Origin: Thalia democratica
Lineage: Eukaryota
Direction: 5' to 3'
Assembly (NCBI GenBank): GCA_965202585.1
Contig: OZ241827.1
Coordinates: forward strand, 58,094,001 to 58,158,000
Length of the DNA: 64,000 nt
Positions within the stretch are counted from its first letter, which is position 1. The number at the start of each line of letters is the position of its first letter. Both the position numbers and the translations under genes were made by a program. The notes below the pieces were generated by a model. The model ran no database searches. It saw only the letters and a program-made list of their open reading frames with translations, and had not been told where the DNA came from. Positions 54,501 to 64,000 of this stretch are shown here, in pieces.

Positions 54501-57500
54501 TTCATATTTAAGAAACAACATTTTCATTGTTTTATGTGATATTTCAGTTGTTTTTGTTTCCAGGATATAAAAGAAAGATTTAAAAGACTTCATCGGAGAA
54601 TAATATATTTTTAGTAACTACGTTTTTCTTTTAAGTTTTTCAATCAAACTTAAAGCTTGAGGTTTAAAAGTAGGTTTTTACCTTTGAACCAGACTTAAGC
54701 TGAAACAATTTTATTTAAAGCTGAAGTTTATGACAGACAGATTTAGTAACACATTGTATTCGTCAGTGTTTTTGTTTTCTGTCAACATTACAATCTCGTG
54801 TGAAAAGTTTGAAATCTAAATATAAATACCTTCTGGTTAAAAAAACTTATTCATATTTCATACTATTTTCAACTGACCTTTTCAAAGCTTTGTGGCGATT
54901 TAAATTAAAAACTCTAGAAACATTCTTCAATGACAACAGCATGAATATAGTGATGTAAGCTGTTTACACGAGACTAGAAACAATTAAATTTTATTTTGAA
55001 TGAATTTATAAAATTGCATAGACACGAAAGCACATTCATTATAATGTCAATTCAATTTCAAGTAGTGGTGAATTTTATACAACTTTGATCTAAGCTTTCT
55101 GCAGAAAAAGTTGCAGTCAGTCTATATAAGGATTGTTAAACAAAGAAGCTGTAGTGTATTAAAATCAAAAATATTATTTACACTAAATACTGTTAAGTTT
55201 GTTATTAACAAGGTCAGAGAAATGTTTTTGAAGTTAAAACTAGTTTGGTTTGTTTTGGTTTGCAATTTAACTTCGTGTTCTATATATCATGGTATTTTTT
55301 TTGTTTATGATTTTTTTAAACTTTTAAATCGTGATAAAAAACAGCTTAGTACTTTTAAACTTTTTTGGAGCAAGTATATATTTTTAGAAAGTGTTCTATA
55401 ACTACTACTTTGCATAGAAATAACTTATTTCATTTTTTTTAAATTGAAGTTTAAGTTGAAAATAAAACAAACTAACTTCACTTATATTTAGCAGTTTCGG
55501 AATGTTATGTATAAAACAAACATAATCTTTTTAAGTACTTATTATTTTTACCTAGCAGTTTTTTTAGTTGCTATTGGACCCTGTCAAAGTATCCCAATTA
55601 GGTAAGTACTTTTAAGAAACAATTCTAAACAGTTTTTAGTATTGTCATAACTATTTAACTTTAAAATAATTATGTTGTACCTAATAAAAACTTGATTGCT
55701 ACAAGGTTTATATAGTGTCAAATGAAAACTTTTTACTGTGATATCATTATAGCATCATGTTATAAATGAGGTAAGTTATACGCTTAACATAAAATTTTAA
55801 TGTAATTAGAAATGCTAAAATACAATAACAACCAATAAAGTACTACATGAGAAAAAAACACACTTCACAACTTGTTTATATAGAGGATTAATTTCAGTAA
55901 ACTTTTAAAATGTTTACTTCGCATAAACTCAATAAACTTTAAAATACTTATTATAAAGTTAATGTTTGCATAAGCTACAAACGAGCCGATAGTGTAATAA
56001 AGCATTTAATAATTATAAAACAAGTTTACCTGTTCAAAGTAATTTTTGATGTCACTTCGTTTTGCGGTTTTTTCATACTTAAGCTGAATTTAAACAAAAA
56101 AATCTGATTTGGTATGTTTGTATGAAATAAGTTTATTTGTTCTTATCTAAACATAACTAAAAAATTTCATTAAAACTTATTTAGAAAATTATAAAAAATA
56201 AACTAAATCGTACAGTTTGAATTTTTGTTAGTTATTATACTAGTGTCATTAAAAAAGCTGAATGTATCTATGTTTATAATTAAAACATAGCCTTTTTAGT
56301 AACATTTTTGATAAGTAAAAATAAAAACTAAGTTGATTTAAAATGATTTTAGTTTTTTCAATAGGCTCTCCTTATAATAACTTTAAAATCATAGCATAAA
56401 CTAAAAATATATCTAAAAATTATCCAATAATTTTTCAGATGGGAAGTAGGTCAGTACGGTTCGTGCTCGAAAATGTGCGGCAGAGGGATGAGAAAAAGAT
56501 CTGTCACGTGCAAGTTCATGCCTGAAAATTCCACTCACCACGTCACCAACGATGACGTCATGCCTGAAATCATGTGCCCCAACCCGAAACCTCAGTCGGT
56601 TGAACCTTGCGGGTTTGCCACCTGTCCCCCTGTCTGGATGAAGTCTGGTCTCGGGAAGGTAAGTTTTAAAAAGCCTATTGACATACCAAATATATTCTTG
56701 ATAGTAAGATTTTTTTTCTTAGATTATTAAACCAATTTAAGCGAGATCTGAACATTTGACAAGGTAAAAAGACTAAGACCATTCATTGAGCTTAGCCTAG
56801 TAATTGAGCCTACTCATCTATTTTGAGAATTTTTCATTGAAAAAAAGTAATACTTTTTAGTGTTCTGAGCAATGTGGCAACGGGTTTCGTGAATTTTCGT
56901 TCCTGTGCAAGCAAAGAACAGGAACAGGCAAATTGATTCAGGTGCCTTCAAAATATTGTTCCAAGAGCAAACCGTATCGGTTGACAAGGAGAAAGTGCAA
57001 AGTTAAAGTGTGCGAACCGAAATTCACTGCGGAAGATTGGAGTGAAGTATATTTATTTTTCAATTTATTAAGTATCTTGCCTGTAATTGACATAAATAGC
57101 AACAACTAAAACAGTTTTAAAATAGTTTTATATAAAAATGTTACTACTGGGCATTTATTACTATAACTCATAAATAACATTATGTTTGTTAATTTACTTT
57201 TTTAATGACTTTCAAAAACTCCAAAATGCACAGCTGAAATCTTTTTTTAGTGCAAAGGCGACTGCACAAAGTTACGAAAAGGTTGGCAAACAAGAAAAGT
57301 TGTCTGCATGTACATGAGAAACGGAAATTGGCACAAAATTAGTGCGAAATCGATTTACTGCAAAAACCTGAAAGCACTTCCGGCGAAAAGGAGTTGCTCA
57401 CTGCACAGGAAATGTATGTCCAGCTTGGGTGAGTCAACTATGTGTCTAATTAAATATAATTCATTACCTTTTGAAGTCTTCTACGTCTTAGTAATTTGTA

Positions 57501-60500
57501 TACTGTTCTAATTAAGTATTTTACAGCTTCGAATAAAGAAGGGCAAACGACCATCCAAAGAAGGCCCAACCCGACCAAGATCAACGGATCGCTGAGAGTA
57601 TTCGTGCAAAAATCGGCCAGAAATACCCCTCTACAGCTGACCCTCCCGCTTAAGGCCTTCGTCATCCCTGGAACAACCGTAATCGCCAAGTGCAGCTTCA
57701 AAAAGTGAGTTTTAATGCAAACAATAAACACCGTCACGCACAAGGTCAATGCGCTACAAAACAAAGTTTGTTTATCGGCAAATGGGAGAGAACGATGAAG
57801 GCAATTAGCTTTGATTATCTGCCGCTTTGTTTGCTCATAGCTCGATTTGATGGCAAGTGGGCAAACAAGGTGACATCAGTCAGAGGAAATTTCGCGTCCT
57901 GTTTGCTCAAAAACTTTAGACGGTGGCCTAGTTTTACATTAAAAAATAAACATATATTTGCAGTTAACTTTTGCTATTTTGACTTCAAACAATCACAGAT
58001 AGTTTGGCGCGCTATATCGAGCAATGCAGTGCAAATTTTGTGATGTTTCGTTAATGGGCGATATTTTCGGACATCAGTCTTCCTTTTGGAGCTAATTAAG
58101 GCTATTTTTACATTGCGGCGGTCCTAAATGTTATTTCTTCCAGCTAATTAGTTTTATTTTTACTCAGCGGTGCGCCATCAAAACACGCGTGGTTTGTCAA
58201 CAAGCGGAGGGTGAAGAGCAGGCGGGGGAAGGTGATGGTGACGAAGGGGGGCAACCTGAAGATGAGCAAGATCAGAATGAGGAGGAGGCAGGTGGTGAAG
58301 TGCCAGGGAGGACAGGGCAGGAGCAGGCTGCTCGTTCTCATCAACAAAAGTTTATTTTTTTTTATGTTAAGTAATCCTAATCACCAATAGCAAAATGTTA
58401 ATCAACTTAATTTAAGTTTATGACTGTTTTGCGTTAAGTACTTTATTTTTAAAATAAATTATTCTTAAATTCGAAAGTTTGTTACTATACAATATGTTAC
58501 TTCAAAAGTTTAAACTGTTTTAATACCGATAAGATGCTGTATAATAAGTGAAAAATAAAATTAGCTTGAAAACTCAGTAATTAATTAAATTAAAGATTTT
58601 GAAATAACAAATTTTGACTTTTGAGACATCAGAAATCTTTTCTCAATGCAACTTTTTGTGTTTATAAATTACGTCACTTGTACTTTTGTGTTCAATTAAA
58701 ATAAACAGCAATTTCTCAAACTTAATTTTTTAATCAACAACGTGATTTATATGCTGATAAATGATGTACAATTTTTTAATAAGAACTGCATTATAAATTA
58801 AAAATTAAGGAGCTTTATAAAGCGGGTTCATAAAAAACGTTTTAATTCTCTCTTTATGCACTTAACATGGTTTGAATGAGCTTTTGAATTACGTAACCCT
58901 TTGTAGACTAATAAAGCTTTAAAAATTAACTTTATTTGTAACACAAGTTCAACAAAAGATTTGAAAAATTTATGGTTGCAAAATTTTTCACATTCCGTAA
59001 AATTTTTATTTTAAATAAAAACTGTATAGTATTTTTCTAAGCTATTAATAATAGAAATTAATAATAAAGCTTAGCATTTTAAAAGTTTGCAGTAGTCCAA
59101 AAGCAAATACTAGTGTCGCTTTACGTATGACAGCTTAACATTGCATGACAACGCGTGTAAGAACACGAAAAGGAACTAATTAAAAATTTTAAAGATTAAC
59201 TTCGTATCTAATTAACCTTTAGGAGCTGCCAGCGGATCACCTCATAAAGGTTTAGTGCAAGTCAAAGAGAACCATTTGCAAGAAGGGGGTCAAGCTTTTC
59301 AACAATCCATCACCAAGTACAGCGATAGAAAAGTTTGTCACATTTTACGTTTACAAAATTTACATACAAACTTAAAAAGCTTCATTGAATTATTAAACAT
59401 TTCCATCAAAATACTAATAAAATATTTTAATTTAATTTTAAAATTTATTAGGTATTTTTTATTTTGAAAGTTTGTAACAACACGACGGAATAAGTTTAAA
59501 TATCTGTTCAGTAAATTCTTAGCATACGAGCGACTTCCATTGTACAAGTTAATTGTATTAAAATTCCAAGTAACACACAACTTCGCGTTTCAACTTTTAA
59601 CATTTGCAGCATCTGAAGCTCGCAGCTGGAACTAAAGCTGTGAACAAGAAGGTAATTAGAAAAAAACCTCACATAGTCAACGACTACAAAGTCGTCCAGC
59701 TACAAGATATTGTGCCTGCTAAAACTGACTTTTTAGGTTATTTAAGTAAATATGCCATTAGAATTTTTAGACTTTTAAAAGTTATAAAGTTTTTTGTTTA
59801 TACTTTTGAAATGATTTACTTTCTGACGTCCCAATAAGTTTGGTAAAATCTGAAAAAAAAAATTCAAGTTTCTCTCAGTTTCATTAAACACATTTAACAA
59901 GACATGCATTTTACTTTAATTCTGTTTCTTAAATTAAAATTTAATTTAGGCTACAGAGAAAGAAAACACCTTCCGTTAGACTCGAAGAAATCCACTGTGG
60001 TTGTCACGACAACGCCTCCCCCTACCGACGAAAACGGGGTGAAAAAGGCGCCATCTATCCATGTTGCACCGACTATCGACCCCCTTCAGTACAGAGATGA
60101 CGTCATAGTCAACGTCGGAGGATCGGTGGTGGTCGTTGGGTCGCGACGGGTGACCATTTTGTGCGAAGTTACAGGGGAATACCCTATTGAGGTGAAATGG
60201 ATAAAAGACGGGCAAGAAATTACAAATAATGACAGGTTTGATTTATTAGGTAAAAACTATTTTTCTATTCTTATTTACACTGTTTGAAATGGGTGCACAA
60301 CTTGTCAATTTCTGATAATTCAAACTTCGACATCTGAAGTTCTTATAACTTGTAGATTTTTGATTTATACATTTTAGTTAATGCTTTTTTTATTGTTGTA
60401 ATGTAATCAATAAGACCTACATGCACATTTTGATTTGTTTTAAATTATTTTATTTTTGAGAGAGGGCTAGAAGCAGTTTTAGAGTTTACTAAAGCATGTT

Positions 60501-63500
60501 TGTTTTCATTACTTTATTTTTATCCCTTAACAATTATTCAATTTGTTTACAACTATAATTTTATCAATTAGAGCTATTGTAACTAAATAAGTCTTTTTTT
60601 AACTTAAAATACTTTTTGAGGTTATGGTCTCTTACATCTTTTTGAAAAACTAGCGTTGTCGAAGTTTGAACAGTAATGTAGCCCCTTGAAATAGGTTCTA
60701 ATTTATAAAAATTCATAGTTAAACACATAAAGAAAGTAATATATCTTAAAACAGAATGATCAAGCTCGGTGATGGATCCCTGAGAATTTTCAACCCCAAA
60801 ACATCAGACGCTGGTAACTACGTTTGCATGGCAACCAATCAGTGGGGAAACGACAGCCGAATGGTTTCATTGTCTGTCACCAACAAACCAACAGTTGTGT
60901 CCACGACCAGTGATGTTGACGATTTTGTGTCTATGGACTTGACAGTGACAGTTGGGTCGCATGTCAGGGCAAGATTAGGGGCCCGCGTTGTTATCAGGTG
61001 CCCAACTAGAGGTTAGTAAAGTGAATTATTAATTTTTAATTTTTAAGACTTTTCACTTTTTTATTTCAAAGTTATACTCATAACTTTCTTTTTTTTAATG
61101 TATAGTACATGTTTTTAAACATAAAAATGCTAAAATTTACACTAACTTAAAGCTTTCTGATTAAACTAAACCTCATAACTCAAATCATACTTTCACGTAA
61201 ATAAATTACGTCTGAAAACTTGCAAGATTTAAAAATTAATTCAAAGCAATACAAAACTTAAGTCTGACCGTTAAAAAAATTCCGCCAGTTTATCTTTTAT
61301 AAAAAATGATGCAAGTTGTATTATGTTACGAGTTTTCATTTTGTACATTATGTCGAAAAATAATGAAAATTTCAACCAGAGCAGCTGCTTTTGTAGTTTA
61401 AAATTAAATTAATATCTAACTTGTACATTAAATTTTTAATAGCATTATGTTTTCATCAGTGATGTTTTGTTAAATTTATACAGAGTAGAAACATTGATTA
61501 ATTTCAAAGTTTGTTGAAGGTCTAAAAGACATTTCATGGCAAGTTTCATGTATTATTAAAAATAAACATTACAGGCTCACCAGAACCATTTGTTCAATGG
61601 AACAAAGACGTCAACGGTCTTCAAAGAAACTCGCAAACTTTAATCGACAATTCTTTGGAAATATTTCCCACCACTTTGGCTGATACGGGACATTTCAGTT
61701 GCTTAGCAACAAACCCTTTTGGTAGCTCTTACCAAGCAACCATACTAGAAATTTTCGGTGAGTATAAATTTTAAATGCCTTAAAACTTGTAACTGTTTAG
61801 AAATATTTAAAATCACTGTAAAGTAAAACCATTATTAAGTATAAGTTTTTATTAGTTTCCCAATCAAAACTGAAACTAATTTATTTTCTAAAAAGAAATT
61901 ATTTAGAGCTTTAATTTTGAATAGCTACATCTAATTACAGTTCTACTAAAAAAAATATTTGTCAGAAATTAAACCGTAATTGGATATGAATTAAGTTTTT
62001 ATGACTTAAAAATTCTCTCTCACTTTTATTTTACTAGTTTCAATTATATAGTTATGTTATAAAGAGCACGTAATGTACGCTTAAATAAAAAATAGAATCT
62101 CTTATATATCTAGAGTATTTCATCTCTTTTAGTACTGTTAAAGTTAAAGTTCATTTAAATACTTTTAAGTTTTAGTAATTTTTCAAAAAAATAATTAAAG
62201 TTTTCTTCAAATTTTTTAAAATAAAATATACAGATCCGCCTCATATTACAAATGATGGAGTAGTTTTAAACTCAAACGAAATGAATGGACTTCCAGAACT
62301 TTTATTAACCGATTATAGTAGTCCAATTTACAGAGTTAAAGCGAACACTACTGTAATGATGGGTAAGTTTTTTTATTGACGAAACTTATTAAACAAATAA
62401 TAAAGATAAATAATTTAGTTAATGACACATAAAGGTTGTCCATTAACTGGGTATCCGGAACTAAGAATAGAATGGATGTTCAAAGGAAGTGCTATAGAAA
62501 CAACAAACAGTTCGACAAAATACAGAATGATGCACAACAACAAAGTTCTTTCAATCAACAATTTCAACAACGTCTCAGTTGGCGATTACTCTTGCAAGGG
62601 AACAAACACAGCAGGATCGGCAGATGCTAGTCTTCAACTGAAAATTACAAGTAATTTTACTTTTAAGCTTCATATTTTTGAAGCTATATCTACTGTATTT
62701 TAAGGTATTTTTTACTATCATTTTACGTAAACAAACTTTTTTTTGATTTTAATTTTTCTTGATACTGTTAAACATTCGTGGTATGCTTTATACCGTTAAT
62801 ATTACTTTTCATAATAACTGACAAACATACATATTGTTTGTTACATTAAAAGTTTTTGAAAAAGCTTTATAAAACAAAAAGTATGAAGTTTTTGATTGAA
62901 AAATTAAAGTTTCATAAAGAATACTAAAGCCTCAAAACTGCCTTGCACTCAATTTATTATTTGTTTTCAGTATACAAGTACCGAAAGGAGGGGTTGACGG
63001 AATGCAGTGCAAAGTGCGGGAACACGGGAACCATCACTGACAAGCTGGTGTGCATAGAAGACGGAGTGAGGACGGTGGACGATTGGTACTGCAAAGGAGT
63101 GGCCAAGCCGCAAGTTGAAACCCGGCCCTGCAACAGAAAAGACTGTCAGCCACAGTTGGTACTTTTTTAACTTAATTTTAACAACATACAAACAAGTACA
63201 TTACAAACAAATATTTTATTTTTTGTTCTACAAACAATATAAAAACAAGTTTTATTTATGTCTAGAAAAAAATATTTAATAAACATGCGGAGTACGTATA
63301 AAATGACGTGCGATTTCTTTATGCCTTTATAAATACTGAACTATAAAAACATTTATGAAAAAAAATTGAAGTTAGAAAAATAATCATAGCATTTTGGAAA
63401 TTTTTTAGGCGAATTTAGGTCATTTAAATTCTAACCTAGATTAGGCGGGTAGAGTTCAAACATGTTATTTAAAAATTTTACAGGAAATAATTGGTCTTTA

Positions 63501-64000
63501 ATGTCAAGTACTGACTTTTTAATCATTCATATCTGGCTTTTATTTAACTTTTAACGCATTTAATTTTTTTATAGTAAAAAGAATACTTTGAACTAAAACT
63601 ACAATTTGTTTCATAATTTTTTTTTACATTTTTTTGTGCAATAAGCATTACGTTTAAATTTTGAATTTTAGGCTTTTCACAAATTGCATAAAATATACAT
63701 ACAATAAGATTTTAAAACCACAAAAATTAATGCACTACATTATTGCGTACTTTTTATCGTATTTTCATTTAAAAATGTTATGTTTAAAGAACAGTAACAT
63801 AAATTTTTGCTATGTTGAAGTCTTTAACAAGTACTACAACAACCGTTTAATACCTCTTTATTAGAAACAAAGTAATAACACCAAATGTTATTACAGATAT
63901 TACGCAAACGAATGGAGCAAATGTTCAGTTGATTGCGGAAATGGAACAAGATTCAGAAAAATATCCTTTGTGGTTCTCATGTCAGACGGAACTGTTCGTC
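21534..64000 (+). CDS. ADAMTSL1/3: ADAMTS-like protein (Punctin; ADAMTSL1/ADAMTSL3/MADD-4 family), spliced gene of 31 exons in window, 3' end outside window
   Basis: Exons join in continuous phase at GT-AG sites. Translation gives signal peptide, TSR1 ([17 protein letters not shown]...[17 protein letters not shown]), Cys-rich module (DGTRC...CIEGKC...GCDG...[13 protein letters not shown]), spacer, TSR2-9, Ig1-4, TSR10-11. No prodomain or HExxH metalloprotease between signal peptide and TSR1 and no Kunitz domains, so ADAMTSL rather than ADAMTS or papilin. Ig1 lead-in (RVFVQK...[19 protein letters not shown]) resembles ADAMTSL1/3 as I recall it; paralog-level assignment not resolved. Confidence 0.92.
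21626..21637 (+). promoter_or_regulatory. kappaB/Rel-like site GGGACTTTTCCC just downstream of exon 1 donor
   Basis: Resembles the GGGRNNYYCC family; identical copy at 2949-2960. Confidence 0.35.
30101..30202 (+). CDS. ADAMTSL1/3: Exon 2 ([34 protein letters not shown])
   Basis: ttttcttgcag acceptor, GTAAGA donor, phase 0/0; end of signal peptide plus acidic linker. Confidence 0.9.
30643..30737 (+). CDS. ADAMTSL1/3: Exon 3, TSR1 N-half
   Basis: aacag|[32 protein letters not shown]|gtaag, phase 0/2. Confidence 0.93.
31147..31192 (+). CDS. ADAMTSL1/3: Exon 4, TSR1 C-half
   Basis: ttttcacag|[15 protein letters not shown]|gtacgt, phase 2/0. Confidence 0.92.
32036..32296 (+). CDS. ADAMTSL1/3: Exon 5, Cys-rich module
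   Basis: ttgcag|[14 protein letters not shown]...[20 protein letters not shown]|gtgagt, phase 0/0. Confidence 0.95.
34193..34313 (+). CDS. ADAMTSL1/3: Exon 6, Cys-rich module end and spacer start
   Basis: ccacag|[40 protein letters not shown]|gtttaa, phase 0/1; donor is weak. Confidence 0.88.
35519..35581 (+). CDS. ADAMTSL1/3: Exon 7, spacer
   Basis: ttttcag|[21 protein letters not shown]|gtaaat, phase 1/1; resembles the spacer xxIPxG motif. Confidence 0.88.
35879..36024 (+). CDS. ADAMTSL1/3: Exon 8, spacer
   Basis: ttgcag|[10 protein letters not shown]...[12 protein letters not shown]|gtaagt, phase 1/0. Confidence 0.87.
37524..37698 (+). CDS. ADAMTSL1/3: Exon 9, spacer end and TSR2 start
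   Basis: tttag|[10 protein letters not shown]...IRYKYY...APCSATCGD|gtgagt, phase 0/1; in-frame alternative acceptor at 37536 cannot be excluded. Confidence 0.88.
39259..39418 (+). CDS. ADAMTSL1/3: Exon 10, TSR2
   Basis: ttcaag|GYKEIRPVC...DSRC...CVLPLCKE...|gtatgt, phase 1/2. Confidence 0.88.
39689..39736 (+). CDS. ADAMTSL1/3: Exon 11, 48-nt linker ([16 protein letters not shown])
   Basis: acaacag acceptor, GTGAGT donor, phase 2/2; frame-preserving so it could be skipped. Confidence 0.75.
39878..40088 (+). CDS. ADAMTSL1/3: Exon 12, TSR3 and start of TSR4
   Basis: ttttgtag|[24 protein letters not shown]...[16 protein letters not shown]|gtaagt, phase 2/0. Confidence 0.95.
40364..40496 (+). 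CDS. ADAMTSL1/3: Exon 13, TSR4
   Basis: aacag|[16 protein letters not shown]...ECNTVCKK|gttagt, phase 0/1. Confidence 0.93.
40956..41049 (+). CDS. ADAMTSL1/3: Exon 14, polybasic linker ([31 protein letters not shown])
   Basis: ttttttctag acceptor, GTAAGT donor, phase 1/2; required to bridge phase 1 of exon 13 to phase 2 of exon 15. Confidence 0.88.
41435..41591 (+). CDS. ADAMTSL1/3: Exon 15, TSR5
   Basis: aaacag|[25 protein letters not shown]...[12 protein letters not shown]|gtattt, phase 2/0. Confidence 0.94.
42826..42994 (+). CDS. ADAMTSL1/3: Exon 16, TSR5 end and TSR6 start
   Basis: cttgcag|KCFLGLCP...[15 protein letters not shown]|gtgaga, phase 0/1. Confidence 0.93.
45431..45584 (+). 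CDS. ADAMTSL1/3: Exon 17, TSR6
   Basis: ttttcatag|GMSVSIPFC...DSRC...[17 protein letters not shown]|gtaact, phase 1/2. Confidence 0.92.
46281..46480 (+). mobile_element. Possible decayed Ty3/Gypsy integrase fragment
   Basis: Frame reads [11 protein letters not shown]...[23 protein letters not shown], resembling the integrase Zn-finger end plus PxxPFExxHxDxxGPLP core start; the catalytic Asp position is Asn, no LTR seen. Confidence 0.4.
48303..48489 (+). CDS. Candidate alternative first coding exon of a short Punctin isoform (signal-peptide-like)
   Basis: aaacaATG, then [26 protein letters not shown]...GNA, phase-1 donor CAG|GTACAA; in phase with the 34-nt exon at 55568. Confidence 0.5.
49385..49892. 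mobile_element. MITE with ~130-bp terminal inverted repeats
   Basis: 49432-49563 is the reverse complement of 49739-49866 (about 85% by eye), with weaker outer extension to about 49385/49892 and a short AT-rich non-coding core. Confidence 0.8.
55568..55601 (+). CDS. Candidate 34-nt isoform-specific exon ([12 protein letters not shown])
   Basis: Strong ttttttttag acceptor and AG|GTAAGT donor. The phase-1-in/phase-2-out frame is open and fits exon 18; the phase-2-in frame needed after exon 17 ends in TAG. Confidence 0.6.
56439..56658 (+). CDS. ADAMTSL1/3: Exon 18, TSR7
   Basis: tttttcag|[24 protein letters not shown]...[18 protein letters not shown]|gtaagt, phase 2/0. Confidence 0.95.
56861..57046 (+). 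CDS. ADAMTSL1/3: Exon 19, TSR8
   Basis: ctttttag|[16 protein letters not shown]...[14 protein letters not shown]|gtatat, phase 0/0. Confidence 0.93.
57251..57428 (+). CDS. ADAMTSL1/3: Exon 20, TSR9
   Basis: tttttttag|CKGDC...GWQTRKVVC...[13 protein letters not shown]|gtgagt, phase 0/1. Confidence 0.9.
57527..57704 (+). CDS. ADAMTSL1/3: Exon 21, linker and Ig1 start
   Basis: ttttacag|ASNKEG...[16 protein letters not shown]|gtgagt, phase 1/2. Confidence 0.92.
58168..58349 (+). CDS. ADAMTSL1/3: Exon 22, Ig1 (highly basic)
   Basis: ttttactcag|[48 protein letters not shown]...LLVLINK|gtttat, phase 2/1. Confidence 0.88.
59223..59332 (+). CDS. ADAMTSL1/3: Exon 23, linker
   Basis: cctttag|[10 protein letters not shown]...KYSDRK|gtttgt, phase 1/0. 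Confidence 0.8.
59610..59736 (+). CDS. ADAMTSL1/3: Exon 24, linker
   Basis: tttgcag|[14 protein letters not shown]...KTDFL|gttatt, phase 0/1. Confidence 0.8.
59950..60235 (+). CDS. ADAMTSL1/3: Exon 25, Thr/Pro linker and Ig2 N-half
   Basis: aatttag|YRERKH...[21 protein letters not shown]...NND|gtttga, phase 1/2. Confidence 0.93.
60755..61011 (+). CDS. ADAMTSL1/3: Exon 26, Ig2 C-half and Ig3 start
   Basis: aaacag|[11 protein letters not shown]...[12 protein letters not shown]...VVIRCPTR|gttagt, phase 2/1; canonical DxGxYxC. Confidence 0.95.
61575..61757 (+). CDS. ADAMTSL1/3: Exon 27, Ig3
   Basis: ttacag|[11 protein letters not shown]...[16 protein letters not shown]...LEIF|gtgagt, phase 1/1. 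Confidence 0.95.
62234..62362 (+). CDS. ADAMTSL1/3: Exon 28, Ig4 start
   Basis: atacag|PPHITN...VKANTTVMM|gtaagt, phase 1/1. Confidence 0.9.
62435..62650 (+). CDS. ADAMTSL1/3: Exon 29, Ig4
   Basis: After a 72-nt intron: [17 protein letters not shown]...[14 protein letters not shown]...LKIT|gtaatt, phase 1/1. Confidence 0.93.
62971..63154 (+). CDS. ADAMTSL1/3: Exon 30, TSR10
   Basis: ttgttttcag|[16 protein letters not shown]...PCNRKDCQP|gttggt, phase 1/2. Confidence 0.92.
63897..64000 (+). CDS. ADAMTSL1/3: Exon 31 (partial), TSR11
   Basis: ttacag|[34 protein letters not shown]..., phase 2, runs off the window. Confidence 0.9.

Noticed and set aside
58189-58374. Acidic E/D/G/Q-rich ORF
   Set aside because: Alternative frame of exon 22; flanking exon phases (2 in, 1 out) and the Ig Trp/Cys select the basic frame.
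1-64000. tRNA, rRNA, snRNA, SL-RNA genes or tRNA-derived SINEs
   Set aside because: No A/B boxes, cloverleaf or recognisable RNA-gene sequence seen by eye; tRNAscan-SE and Infernal were not run.
21534-64000. Calling the gene a true ADAMTS protease or papilin
   Set aside because: No prodomain, HExxH or disintegrin-like domain before TSR1, and no Kunitz domains before the Ig block.

Overview
AT-rich animal (invertebrate-type) genomic DNA, not prokaryotic; the ORF track is mostly noise or single exons. The right two-thirds holds one large spliced gene on the + strand: an ADAMTS-like, protease-less Punctin (ADAMTSL1/ADAMTSL3, C. elegans madd-4 family). I reconstructed it by hand as 31 GT-AG exons in continuous phase (21534 to beyond 64000, about 1580 codons): signal peptide, TSR1, Cys-rich, spacer, TSR2-9, four Ig domains, TSR10-11, still open at the window end. 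The left third is a giant inverted repeat (about 1-8110 vs about 16590-24718, roughly 8.5 kb unique spacer). It places a second, minus-strand copy of this gene's upstream region, exon 1 (identical) and proximal intron 1 head-to-head with it, running off the left edge. Inside the 10.9 kb intron 17 are a candidate signal-peptide first exon and a 34-nt phase-correcting exon that together would make an N-terminally truncated short Punctin, like MADD-4S. TE relics: a truncated CR1/L2-type LINE, a foldback element, a MITE and a possible Gypsy integrase remnant. No rRNA, tRNA or CRISPR recognised. All coordinates were counted by hand; no alignments or database searches were run.
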